This document shows positions 7,249-20,964 of a DNA stretch of 46,999 nt, one piece after another (position 1 is the stretch's first letter; the number at the start of each line of letters is the position of its first letter). The stretch comes from a virus. Made by a program: the position numbers and the translations under genes. The notes below the pieces were generated by a model. It was not told the DNA's origin, did not search any database, and worked only from the letters and a program-made list of their open reading frames with translations. Location of the stretch: UHGV virus genome UHGV-1362027; one strand, 5' to 3'.

Positions 7249-7965
7249 ATGCAAAACATGAGCAATCGCACGCCACTAACAGAAATCGGAGAGATGCGCA
7301 TATCGCTTTCCGATAGGAGTTTTTTCTTCAAGCCATCATTCCGCGCAATGAATGAAATTGGCACACCAAAAGAAATCGTCGAGGTATACGCTAAGCTCAA
7401 TGGCATTGATTATGTTGCGCCATTGCAGCACGTCGAATACCTGCCATTTGGCGCGCAGATGCAGGTTATGAAAACCATCAGCAAACCAGTGTTTGGTCGC
7501 CATGTGCTGAGCGCGGCCTATATCGTCATGCAATCATGCTGCGAAGATGATATCTCGGTGCTGATTGGTGGTTGGAAGCCAACACCGCGCGGCGTGCGAT
7601 ACGTGCCGGGCATCATGCCAGTGAGCGACATTATTATTATTGCGCGCAACCTGATGCAGCACGGCATTATCGGCAAATCACCACTCAAAGTACCTGAGCG
7701 GCTGGAAGAGCAGGGTAAGAAAACCACAAACGAATTTCATGCTTCACAATACATCATCTCAGCACGCACGCATTTCGACATGACGCGCGATGAGGCTGAA
7801 AACCTGTCCATGACAGAGTTTCAGATGATGATTAAGAATAAATATCCAGAGCCGAAAGGGTTAACGAAAGAAGAACGTGCGGCTGAGTACGATCAGGCTA
7901 AAGCAGACCGTGAGCGCATGAAGGCACTGGCTGAACGCAAAGCGAAAAAAGCGAGGAATACATAA
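7249..7965 (+). CDS. tail assembly chaperone (gpG/GT-like position)
   Basis: 238-aa ORF directly abutting the tape measure gene (TAATG overlap), with a basic/charged C-terminus. No slippery heptamer identified. Confidence 0.45.
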   Translation: MQNMSNRTPLTEIGEMRISLSDRSFFFKPSFRAMNEIGTPKEIVEVYAKLNGIDYVAPLQHVEYLPFGAQMQVMKTISKPVFGRHVLSAAYIVMQSCCEDDISVLIGGWKPTPRGVRYVPGIMPVSDIIIIARNLMQHGIIGKSPLKVPERLEEQGKKTTNEFHASQYIISARTHFDMTRDEAENLSMTEFQMMIKNKYPEPKGLTKEERAAEYDQAKADRERMKALAERKAKKARNT

Positions 7966-10306
7966 TGGCTGAAGAAGTCGGCGGGATTGTCTATGAAGTC
8001 GGGATGGATGTTAAAGGTCTGAAAGCTGGCGCGACAACAGTCAATAAGACTTTAGATGACCTTGAATCATCAACCAATAAAACCACAAGCGCGCTTGGCA
8101 AGCTGGATAAAAACGCCAGAAATGCTGGCAGCGGAATGAAGAATGCTGGCGGTGCAGCTTCAGGGCTTAAAACCAGCATATCGATGTTGGCTGGCGCAAT
8201 ATCCGTGTCACTGATTATCGAATGGGGCAAGCGATTCCTTGAGGTTGCCGATAACATGACTCAGCTTCAGGCAAGGATTGCTCGTCTGTCAACTGATGCG
8301 AAAACCGCGAACGAAACATTCAGCACACTGGCAAATATCGCCTCAACAACTGGCGCAAGCCTCAGTGACACCACGAAGCTGTGGGAAACATTGACGTCAT
8401 CACTGAAAGAGGCTGGCGCGACAAATGCGCAGGTTCTTAACCTTACAGATACCCTGCAAAAAATAGGTCGAATCGGCGGGTCATCAACCGAAGAAATGGC
8501 GAACGCATTACGTCAGTTCGGTCAGTCAATCGCATCTGGCACAATCCGCGCCGAAGAATTTAACTCCATCCTTGAACAGATGCCTGAACTTGCGCGCCAG
8601 ATAGCGGCAGGTCTTGGCATTTCAATGGGTGAGCTTCGCGCCAGAATGCTTGACGGAAAACTGACGGCGGAAGATGCGCTTAATGCCATTCAGGACAGAA
8701 CAAGCGTAGTTAATGCTGAGTTTGAAAAACTTCCTCGCACAATGGATCAGGCCGTTGGCTCTCTTGAAGTTTCATTCTCAAAACTTGTGGTTGCCGTCAA
8801 TGATGCGACTGGCGCATCAAAAACAGCAGTAGAGATCATCGACCAGCTGGCAAAATACATTGATTTCCTCGGCGATAAATCAACCAGTACGAGCGACAAG
8901 ATTCTGTCTCTCGCCGCTGTAATTTCCAAGTTAAATCCCGGAGCATGGGCGCAGATGGGAGTTGATGCGCTTTTTGGTGATGACGATATTGAAAAGCAAA
9001 AGCAATATAACGAACAGGTTGAGCGATTCGTTAAGGCATCAGCGGAAGGTTACGAGCAGACAAAGAAACAGGCTGAAGCAACAAAACACCTGAAGATTGC
9101 ACAAGCACCAACCAAAGACAAAAAGGGAAAAGGAAAGGGCAAGAGAGCCGAAGAACGACAAGCTGAATCAGTAGCTGAAAAGCTGGAGAAATTACGCCAG
9201 CAAACCATGCTCAATGCCACATCTACCAGCGAACTATCCCGCGAGCAAGCCATCCTCAATGCGCAACAATCGCTTGGCAAAGCCGCCACACAGGAGCAAA
9301 TTAAACTTGCTGGCGAGTACGCTGCGAAGATTTGGGACCAGAAGAATGCGCTGAAGGAACAGGCGGCAGCGGAGAAGGAAAGAATAGATGCAGTAAAAGG
9401 CTACAGCGCATTAAAATCGCAAACCTCACCAATGTTTGCTGTTGAAACGTCATATCAGAAGGATATGGCTGATTTGGATGCGTATGCCAAAGCGTATCCG
9501 CAAAAGATGGCAGAGATACAGCAAACCAGAGCTACCATTGAGGAACAGTACAGACAACAAAGAATTGAAGCAATGTGGCAGGAATGGAGTCAGCAGAACG
9601 CAGCCACACAAGCAGCCGCAGCAGCTTTTGATGCTTTCGGGCAGACTGCTGGAAACGCGTTAACTGGCATCCTCACTGGCTCAATGTCTGTATCAGATGC
9701 GCTGCGATCAATTGGTTCAAATATTCTGTCAAGTGTTATCAATGCGTTTGTGCAAATGGGTATCCAGTGGGCGCAGTCGGTGATAATGGGTCAAGCTGGC
9801 ATGGCGGCGGCTTCTGCTGCAACAATTGCTCAAGCTGCGGCAATATCTGCAGCAATGGCTCCCGCCGCAGCAATGACATCTCTCGCAACTGCTGGCACAA
9901 ACTCAGCGCCCGCTATGGCTGGCATGTCTGCAACTGTTGGTCTTGCAAAAACGTTATCCATTGCTGGCGCTCTGAAAAACGGTGGACCGGCACAGGCCGG
10001 TTCAATGTACCGCGTCGGCGAGAACAACCTTCCCGAGATATTCCAGGCATCAAACGGCCATCAGTACATGATACCGGGTGATAGTGGTCGCGTTATCAGC
10101 AACAAAGACATTACCGGAGGTGGTAGTGGCGTTGTGGTTTATAATAACGTGATAAATAACAGTTCAGCACAGGTTAGCAGCAGCGCCAGAGATAACGGTG
10201 ACGGCAGCGTGACAATTGAGACGATTGTGAGTGATATCGAAAATAACGGCGCGATAGGGCAGGCTATTTCAAGAAATTACTCAACAAACCGGAGAGCAAC
10301 CGAATA

Positions 10307-10307
<1 letters not shown>
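7965..10307 (+). CDS. tail tape measure protein
   Basis: 780 aa, Ala/Gln-rich and coiled-coil-like with a Gly/Ala/Met-rich hydrophobic segment. Canonical position after the chaperone. Confidence 0.85.
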
Positions 10308-14108
<3,801 letters not shown>

Positions 14109-14147
14109 TACAATATACATCAAATTCACAAAGGAGCATTTATTATA

Positions 14148-16097
14148 ATGGCTACCACACCAACTAATAAACCAATCCCGTCAGAAGACCCGCGCGACCT
14201 GAAATTTAATGCCGGGAAGATTGACGAGGTTGTAACTGGTAACAACCACTACTATACCGATCGCTTTGGCGTGCGCCGCTGGACAATTGCTGGTTTCCAA
14301 TACACCGCAGAAGAAGCCATTCGCAAGTATGGCTACATTACGATGGACAGCTTCGAGGATGGTGCGACACTGACGCTTCCCAATCAGACACTGCGTTATG
14401 AAGCAAATGGAGAATATTATCGCTGGGATGGGGAGTTTCCAAAAATAGTTCCGGCTGGTTCAACTCCAGATAGCACAGGTGAGGTTAAATTAGGGGCATG
14501 GGTTAGTGTTGGTGATGCTTCGCTAAGAGCAAATCTTATTGATGTTAATGATCATCTAGGTGATGCACTGATAGCTATCAAACAACCGTACAACGGTTCT
14601 TTGGCGAGAACACAGCACTCTAAGAACTTGGATACTATTAGCGTTAAGGACTTTGGTGCTGCTGGTGACGGCACAACTGACGACACCGCTGCCATTCAAT
14701 ACGCGTTTGATGCCGCTCACTCTGCTGGGCGGAAATTATATTTTCCAACCGGGGTGTACCAAGTAAGTTCCACGCTTACTGCAAAATTAGGAACCCACTA
14801 TGCAGAGTATGGTTTGAGCATAGAGGGTGAAGGGCGTGGTGCATCGGTTATTCAATTTACATTCACTGATACGAATTCCCCAGTTGCGGGGATCAACCTA
14901 GTACCAGAGTCCGGCTCTACTGGTTATAACTTTGATATTAAAGGTATGACATTGAAGGGAACAACTGCTGCTGCGGTGAGTTCTCTTATCTACTGCACAA
15001 CAGATACATCAGGAATTATTCTAAATAACTTATACTTGCGAGATGCAATAACTGCATTTCACACGCCACACGATTGCTGGATTAGCGAATTTCATAACAT
15101 AAATATGTCATGTCGTGATTACGGGATTCGTATGGATGCTTCTGGTACAACAAACCGTTATGACGGTTGTTTTGTATTCGGCGCAGCGGTTAGTGCCTAT
15201 AAGCTGCGTGGTGATTACAGTACCATTGGCGCTCTTGCAGCCGATAATTGTACAGGCACTATCTACGATTTACGATTCTTCGCGGGTTCCGCTCAAAGCC
15301 TGGGGTCAGAGCAACCCAATACCGGAGTAGTCCCTGATTACATCGTTAACTGCGATGGTGGTATAGTTAATATAGACTACTTGTTAGGATTTAGATCAGC
15401 ACCAGTAGACGGCACTACTTGGTATGCGGTTAACGTTGGGGCGGGAACTGTTGATGTTAAAAACTTGATTGTAAGTTCAAATACTGGGTCAGACACTTCC
15501 GTGGCAGTTACTGGTGGTTTAATCCGTGGGTTGACAGGCCCAGTGACAGTTCAGAATATTGTGGCGGTACACAACCTCGCGTCAACAGCACCTGTTCCTC
15601 TTACATTTTCTACCCCACTTATCAGAAACTCTCCGTGGAAGATTAAATCAAAAACATCCACAGAAATTGCCGTATTTCAGGAAAGTAAGCCATATATTGG
15701 ATTTGGAGTTGCGGCGGCTGAACGGCCTAGAGACTTGGATGGCGTGCTAAGTAAGCGCAATCTTCAAGCAATATACATGGACTCTTCAGGAGCACCAAGA
15801 AACTCAGGTGTTGGGGTAAACCTGCAAACAGACCGAGATAAATATAAAGCAGCCCCCGCGCAAGGTTCATGGTTCATGGAAAATGACCCTTTATCTACAG
15901 GAAGGTCTGGTTATACTTGCTCAGCAGTCGGAATAGATATCAGTAGCAGCAGTTTTTTAGGTATTCCTGTTATAACTACTACTAAGCCAACATCTAATTT
16001 AATAGTAGGTCAGAGTTTCTTTAGCGTCGGGCATAACAAGCCGTTGTGGTGGAACGGGTCAAATTGGGTTGATGCTACCGGGGCAACCGTTGCCTAA
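14148..16097 (+). CDS. tailspike / receptor-binding depolymerase with right-handed beta-helix (pectate-lyase-like)
   Basis: 649 aa. SVKDFGAAGDGTTDDTAAIQYAF is the classic beta-helix glycosidase (Pectate_lyase_3) motif. Conserved N-terminal anchor region. Terminator follows. Confidence 0.7.
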   Translation: MATTPTNKPIPSEDPRDLKFNAGKIDEVVTGNNHYYTDRFGVRRWTIAGFQYTAEEAIRKYGYITMDSFEDGATLTLPNQTLRYEANGEYYRWDGEFPKIVPAGSTPDSTGEVKLGAWVSVGDASLRANLIDVNDHLGDALIAIKQPYNGSLARTQHSKNLDTISVKDFGAAGDGTTDDTAAIQYAFDAAHSAGRKLYFPTGVYQVSSTLTAKLGTHYAEYGLSIEGEGRGASVIQFTFTDTNSPVAGINLVPESGSTGYNFDIKGMTLKGTTAAAVSSLIYCTTDTSGIILNNLYLRDAITAFHTPHDCWISEFHNINMSCRDYGIRMDASGTTNRYDGCFVFGAAVSAYKLRGDYSTIGALAADNCTGTIYDLRFFAGSAQSLGSEQPNTGVVPDYIVNCDGGIVNIDYLLGFRSAPVDGTTWYAVNVGAGTVDVKNLIVSSNTGSDTSVAVTGGLIRGLTGPVTVQNIVAVHNLASTAPVPLTFSTPLIRNSPWKIKSKTSTEIAVFQESKPYIGFGVAAAERPRDLDGVLSKRNLQAIYMDSSGAPRNSGVGVNLQTDRDKYKAAPAQGSWFMENDPLSTGRSGYTCSAVGIDISSSSFLGIPVITTTKPTSNLIVGQSFFSVGHNKPLWWNGSNWVDATGATVA

Positions 16098-16101
16098 AAC
16101 A

Positions 16102-16124
16102 AAGCCCCGAAAGGGGCTTTTCAT
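16102..16124. terminator. bidirectional rho-independent terminator, identical hairpin to 5886-5910
   Basis: aaagccccgaaaggggctttt. Serves the plus tailspike gene and sits directly downstream of the minus-strand SSB-tail coding segment. Confidence 0.7.
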
Positions 16125-16131
16125 TTATTAA

Positions 16132-16251
16132 TTAAAACGGAATGTCGTCATCGAAGTCCATCGGAGGCTCATTGCCTCCTTGTGGGCTTTGTCGTTTTGG
16201 TGGTTGCTGTTGTTGTCGTTGCGGTTGCTATCCTGATTGCTGGCGTTGTTG
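16132..16251 (-). other. in-frame, stop-interrupted extension of the VRR-NUC ORF encoding a Q/P-rich linker and an E. coli SSB-type C-terminal tip (..NEPPMDFDDDIPF*)
   Basis: Same frame as 16252..16719: ...DGF-TAG-QQRQQSG-TAG-QPQRQQQQPPKRQSPQGGNEPPMDFDDDIPF-TAA. No start codon or RBS of its own. Both TAGs are followed by CAA. Confidence 0.5.
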
Positions 16252-16719
16252 CTAAAAACCATCAAATATCAATGGCTCTGATGGTTTTTTATAGTTTGGG
16301 TAATTTATTGCTCTCCAGTCGTTAAATGCCATCATTGCAGCTTCCCAACCAAGGCATGCACACGCGAAGGAACCTAATTCTTTTGCCGCCTTTAGGTATG
16401 CCATTTGACCGGGCTGCCATTTTGATAAAGTATGATCCATTCTTTTCATCTCCATAACGAATGATTGCTTTCCTGTGATGATGATGTCTGACGCCCCGAA
16501 GTTTAGCGCGCCTTTTTTCTTCAGGTTTTCAACTTCATACCCTTTACGCTTTCCTTCATTTGGTACGTGAATCATAACTCTTGCAAAGTCAGGATATAGC
16601 TTCCTTATCTGATTAACAAAAGTCTCCAGCTCAGCATCTTCTGACGGGCACTTTTTGTTTCTGTAATCTAAATTTCCATATACCTTAACGCCTTCTGGAA
16701 AAATCATAATATCCCCCAA
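16252..16719 (-). CDS. VRR-NUC domain nuclease (PD-(D/E)XK)
   Basis: Region IHVPNEGKRKG...GASDIIITGKQSFVMEMKRMDHTLSKWQPGQMAYL matches the VRR-NUC signature (D..E.K, Q..W). Confidence 0.65.
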   Translation of the reverse strand: MGDIMIFPEGVKVYGNLDYRNKKCPSEDAELETFVNQIRKLYPDFARVMIHVPNEGKRKGYEVENLKKKGALNFGASDIIITGKQSFVMEMKRMDHTLSKWQPGQMAYLKAAKELGSFACACLGWEAAMMAFNDWRAINYPNYKKPSEPLIFDGF

Positions 16720-18569
16720 TACATGCCTTTAACGTTGAAATATTTACTACCCTTATCTCTTCTGAACATAATCACTGATGGCGCGACAGCCTCATCTCTT
16801 TTAGATATTGCATCATCAATTGACATGTTATGTTCACCAAAGCACTTCTCACAAAATTCTTCCCACTCCTTCTTCATCCATTCCTTCTCAGAGTTTGGAT
16901 TGTAGAACTTGCTAACAAAAAATGGTTTCTGTTCAATAGCAAATTTTACGTGCACCAAATCTTCACCGCTTGAAACGTAATGCTTCATGATGTTCATCAT
17001 GGTTACACTTGATTGCTTGGTTGCATAAGGAGAAGAATCAAGCCTGTCAGCTTCTTCCTTTAGCTTTTGGTTGGGGTCAATAATTTCAGCGCCGCATGAT
17101 GTGCAGTTTCTTGCCGCTATATCATTTTCAAATCCACAATCAGGACACTCTTTCACCGACCACTTATAAGTACACCTGTGCATTTCCCTTAATGGCCCGT
17201 GCATAACGTAGTTTTTACACCTCCTCCCAAAATGAGCAGGCATAGGCTTGCTTCCAATTTTTTCACCTGACTTATCAAAAATATCAATCATTACTCTGTC
17301 ACCCGCCAAATCCATCCAGTAACCTTCCTTGTCAACTTCAAGATTTTCAGGATTTGGGCGCACACCAAATTCATTAATAAAGCCACAAAGAGGGCATTTG
17401 ACATCCATTGGCACGGATGGTTTTTTCCTTGTTGCTTTTATTTCTGGAGTGAACAAGTCCCCAGTCTCAGAAAAGTGGCGCTGAATGTTGCCTGCGTAAT
17501 CGCTGACAAGAAAGTCTTCCTTGCCTTCATAAAGACGCGTCCCCCTGCCAATTATTTGCTGGTAGAGTCTTGGTGATTCTGTGGCTCTCATTACTGCTAT
17601 GTGATCACAATGAGGAACATCCACCCCTACAGTAAGGATATTCTGGTTAACGATGTATTTTACTTTTTGTTCCTTGAAGTATGATATTGCCTTGTTGCGA
17701 TCTGCTGTTGGCATATCACCAAAAACATAACTATAAGAACCGGGAGGAAGTGACTCCATTATCTCCATAGCGTGTTTCTTGGTGCTGGCAAAAATCATCG
17801 TTCCGCGCCGATTAACAGAGCGACGGATAATATCTTCAACAATACGTGATGTTTTTCTTCCTTTGCCAACCATAGCCTTTTCAACTGAAGCTGTTGTGTA
17901 CCGACCCAACTTATCCTTTTCAAGACAAGACGTATCATACTCATCAACAACAGGCTCTGTTACTGGAGGAGTAAGGTATCCATTTTCAATTAGGAATTTA
18001 GCCTCAAGCTCATAAACAACCTTATCATAATATGGGTCAATGGCGGTTTCTTCATCTGTTGGCCCATCAATGTAGTGCTCTTTGTAGATGTATCCAGTTC
18101 CAAGGCGATAAGGCGTAGCAGTCATTCCAATAACACGCAGTTTTGGATTGCGACGCTTCATTTCATTAATAATAAATTTAATGGTTGGTGTTATTCCATC
18201 GCACTCATCAATAATGACAGCACCATACTTATCACCAAACATCTCTATTGAGTTCTTGATTGTAACTGGTGAACCAAACACCACCGGATGACGCAGGTTT
18301 TTGGGGCCAGCCTTTGCACTGAACATGCTGGCTGGTTCTCCTGTAAGAAGATATTTAGCGCGATTTTGTGTGACGAGTTCCGCTGTGGGAGCAATGCACA
18401 AAACTCGCTTTTTGCTCATACCATAAATACGAGATGCAAGTTCTGCTACAACCATAGATTTTCCTGCACCTGTCGGGAGGATGATAACGCATGATGAGAT
18501 GGTGCTGCGAATGTGTGCCATAGCTGAATCCACAGCTTCCTGTTGGTATGGCCTTAATGTGTATTTCAT
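16704..18569 (-). CDS. SF2 DNA helicase (DEAD/DEAH-like) with C-terminal zinc-ribbon region
   Basis: Walker A ILPTGAGKSMV, motif II VIIDECD, helicase C-terminal motifs, and several CxxC pairs in the C-terminal third. Confidence 0.75.
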   Translation of the reverse strand: MKYTLRPYQQEAVDSAMAHIRSTISSCVIILPTGAGKSMVVAELASRIYGMSKKRVLCIAPTAELVTQNRAKYLLTGEPASMFSAKAGPKNLRHPVVFGSPVTIKNSIEMFGDKYGAVIIDECDGITPTIKFIINEMKRRNPKLRVIGMTATPYRLGTGYIYKEHYIDGPTDEETAIDPYYDKVVYELEAKFLIENGYLTPPVTEPVVDEYDTSCLEKDKLGRYTTASVEKAMVGKGRKTSRIVEDIIRRSVNRRGTMIFASTKKHAMEIMESLPPGSYSYVFGDMPTADRNKAISYFKEQKVKYIVNQNILTVGVDVPHCDHIAVMRATESPRLYQQIIGRGTRLYEGKEDFLVSDYAGNIQRHFSETGDLFTPEIKATRKKPSVPMDVKCPLCGFINEFGVRPNPENLEVDKEGYWMDLAGDRVMIDIFDKSGEKIGSKPMPAHFGRRCKNYVMHGPLREMHRCTYKWSVKECPDCGFENDIAARNCTSCGAEIIDPNQKLKEEADRLDSSPYATKQSSVTMMNIMKHYVSSGEDLVHVKFAIEQKPFFVSKFYNPNSEKEWMKKEWEEFCEKCFGEHNMSIDDAISKRDEAVAPSVIMFRRDKGSKYFNVKGMYWGIL

Positions 18570-18943
18570 CAGTCAAACTCCTTGCACCACTCGACAACAT
18601 GCTCGCACTGCTTAACATCAAACATTCCTATGTGACACTTCTCTTTTCTTATTCCCATCGAACTAGCTAATGCAGAATAAGCAGCGCCTCGCGACATTTT
18701 TCCTGATTTCCATAAGGGATCAAATGCAGCATGGGCTTTGCTTTTTGCCTTCCTTAATTCTTCATTTGCTACCCTTCCAAGAGGTCTTTTACCATCACCA
18801 TTTTTGTGGCAACCAACATAAGCACCACAAGAATCACATAGATAAAAATTAAGAGACGAAAGGTCTGGTCTGTGTGGGTAAATTTCACTCCCTTTAGCTA
18901 GTCTTGTCGCAATATTGCAGTAATCACAGATAACTTCGTACAT
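18569..18943 (-). CDS. zinc-ribbon protein, hypothetical
   Basis: CDYCN...CDSCGAYVGCH Cys cluster. GGGGG RBS before ATG 18943 (ORF listed from TTG 18955). Confidence 0.4.
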   Translation of the reverse strand: MYEVICDYCNIATRLAKGSEIYPHRPDLSSLNFYLCDSCGAYVGCHKNGDGKRPLGRVANEELRKAKSKAHAAFDPLWKSGKMSRGAAYSALASSMGIRKEKCHIGMFDVKQCEHVVEWCKEFD

Positions 18944-18958
18944 ACAAACCCCCAATTA

Positions 18959-18982
18959 AAAGCCCCGTTAAGGGGCTTTATT
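18959..18982 (-). terminator. rho-independent terminator (minus strand) after SSB-tail protein gene
   Basis: aaataaagccccttaacggggctttt on the minus strand, directly after the stop of 19001..19524. Confidence 0.55.
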
Positions 18983-19000
18983 TAAATAAACATCAAGTCA

Positions 19001-19524
19001 TTAAAACGGCACGTCAGAGTCAAAGTCCATCGGCGGCTCGTTAGACTGTGCAGATTGCTTAGGAGCAGATGCTGCTTTTGTCTGTTGACGACTGAAAACA
19101 CCAGCCACATAGTTACCAGTTTTTTGCTTATCCTCAGACTCCCAAACTCGCAGAAGAAGAATCATTGGGCGATTTGCAAGCGCACTGGCAATGGCAAAAT
19201 CAGTCGGCTCTTTCCCTGATGCCATCAGCTTACCACCAGCGTTTGCGTCAATTGCTGCAAGCATAGTGATAGCATTGTCGCGCTGCTTTTCTTTTGAGCT
19301 AAATACTTTCAACTTCTGGAAGATGATGCGATTTTTATACTCACCCTCAAGAATTCGCCACTTAAGATTGAAGAATCGCTCACCTTCCCACTGGTCGTCT
19401 TTACATTCTTCAACGGCAGCAAGAACACGGCTACCATCAGGAATTACTTCGAAACCACCACCAAGTTCAAATTCAGATTTAGATTCAACAGCTTTACCGT
19501 CAGAAAGATTCCAGAAACCCATTT
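19001..19524 (-). CDS. putative ssDNA-binding/recombination-associated protein with SSB-type C-terminal acidic tip (non-canonical, no obvious OB-fold SSB N-terminus)
   Basis: Ends ...SNEPPMDFDSDVPF*, the SSB C-terminal interaction motif. GAGAGG RBS before MGFWNL. Located in a Sak4/Gp157 module where an SSB is usual. Confidence 0.5.
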
Positions 19525-19539
19525 TTGTGTCCTCTCGAT

Positions 19540-20034
19540 TTATTTGATGATCAGTTTTGGTTTGCCGTCGGTGATGGCACAACCCTTAATTTCAATCCCG
19601 GCTTTTATCGCATTTTTAATTGCTGCATTATCTGCCGACACTTTCACAACTCGGTACTGCTCAGGAAGCTGCTCAACAGGAACAAACACATCAAGAACTG
19701 GTGACGGCTTGCCAAGAGTGATACTGAACAACTTACCTTTGATATTTGTCTTTCCTGACGCCATCATGTTTTGACGAAGATAATCTTTAAGGTTATCAAT
19801 CTTCGCAACTAAAACACGCTTACGTTCAGAAAGACGTTCAATCTCGCATTTAAGTCCAGCTTCATCAGCTTCAAGCTCACGAATGTAAGCAGCAACCATT
19901 TCAGCCTTTCCTTCAAACTCCTCTTCAATAAGATTGATGGTATCTTCAATCTGCTCCCGTGGAATATCCTCCATCGCCAGCAGTTCATTAAGCTGTTTGG
20001 TTATCTCGTAGAGATGCATAATATTTAATCTCAC
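19540..20034 (-). CDS. Gp157-like protein (Sak4-associated)
   Basis: 164-aa acidic coiled-coil-like protein between Sak4 and the SSB-like gene, matching the siphovirus Gp157 family by context and composition. Confidence 0.4.
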   Translation of the reverse strand: MRLNIMHLYEITKQLNELLAMEDIPREQIEDTINLIEEEFEGKAEMVAAYIRELEADEAGLKCEIERLSERKRVLVAKIDNLKDYLRQNMMASGKTNIKGKLFSITLGKPSPVLDVFVPVEQLPEQYRVVKVSADNAAIKNAIKAGIEIKGCAITDGKPKLIIK

Positions 20035-20830
20035 TCAAAAGTGGGTTCTCACCCTTTTCAAAAGGAATTTCAGGCTCAAGGTTGTATCTGTTTTTTGCAT
20101 TAACATATCCAACTCTACCGTCGCCAGAGGTAATAAGAACTCGCTGACCAGTCTGAACAACCTTACCAAACTTGGTGACTTGCCCTTTCTTATCAGTCTC
20201 AGTTCCTTTCACGAACTCCTCATTCCTGATGTAAATAACAGCATCACTCAGATTCACATAACCAGAAACTGAAGCGTCATGCATGTCAAGTGTGTAAACG
20301 GTGTATTCATCAGCATCAGGGCGATTCTTCATCTTTTTAACACCTGCGTGTGCAAGATAAATAATGCTCATCCCTTTTTCTTTGCGAAGATACTTACATG
20401 CATTTATTATTTCAGCGTGCATTTCAGAAACAACAACATATCCTTTGTTGTAACCACCAGCAGCAGAACCAACGTTGTCAACACCGTAGTTTTCACAAAC
20501 CTCATGCTCAAACATTGAATGCAGGCTTGTGATTGAGTCAATTACAAGCGTTTTGTAATTATGTTCCTCAGTAATTAATGCTCGTAGCTGTGATAGCAAG
20601 TCATCCTTTGTGCTTGTTTTTCGTTTAGCGTCAGCGCGCTTAAGCACAGGAAATGAGTCAGGTTTCTTTTCATCATCCCAATCATCAAAAACACCAGTGA
20701 TCTCTTCAGCCTGAATAAACACTGGGTTTGGGAATAGCGCCGCAAGAGTTGTCTTGCCTACACCTGGAGTACCAACCAATGTTATGATTGGCGCTGCTGG
20801 TTTTGGTTTTTGAATCATTGATAAGCTCAT
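19988..20830 (-). CDS. Sak4-like recombination ATPase (RecA-fold, AAA_24 family)
   Basis: Walker A LVGTPGVGKTTLAA. Size (280 aa) and context with Gp157/SSB. Confidence 0.6.
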   Translation of the reverse strand: MSLSMIQKPKPAAPIITLVGTPGVGKTTLAALFPNPVFIQAEEITGVFDDWDDEKKPDSFPVLKRADAKRKTSTKDDLLSQLRALITEEHNYKTLVIDSITSLHSMFEHEVCENYGVDNVGSAAGGYNKGYVVVSEMHAEIINACKYLRKEKGMSIIYLAHAGVKKMKNRPDADEYTVYTLDMHDASVSGYVNLSDAVIYIRNEEFVKGTETDKKGQVTKFGKVVQTGQRVLITSGDGRVGYVNAKNRYNLEPEIPFEKGENPLLSEIKYYASLRDNQTA

Positions 20831-20964
20831 AGTGTCCTCTCGATTTAACTCAGCATATCGCTGGTGTGACTTAAAGATACGTCAACGTGTTGGTAAACGC
20901 AATACCTTGACGAAAATTTTTTTTGAGTTCATTATTGCTGCATACAGATGGCAGAGGTAAACAC

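Noticed and set aside
7249-7965. Programmed -1 frameshift in the tail assembly chaperone (G/GT-type)
   Set aside because: No convincing slippery heptamer was found and no overlapping extension frame. The 238-aa ORF abuts the tape measure gene directly. Left as a single ORF.
7991-10027. Antisense and out-of-frame ORFs inside the tape measure gene (for example 7991..8257, 8747..8929, 9050..9289, 9436..9663, 9767..10081, 9830..10027)
   Set aside because: Typical shadow ORFs of a GC- and repeat-rich coding region. The long plus-frame tape measure ORF explains the sequence.
16132-16251. SSB-tail segment as an independent small gene (MDFDDDIPF peptide or the +1-frame 14-codon ORF behind AAGGAGG)
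   Set aside because: The only ATG in frame yields a 9-aa peptide with no properly spaced RBS. The +1-frame ORF has only a 2-nt spacer to its SD. Read-through or remnant explanations fit better, and this stays flagged as a finding rather than a gene.
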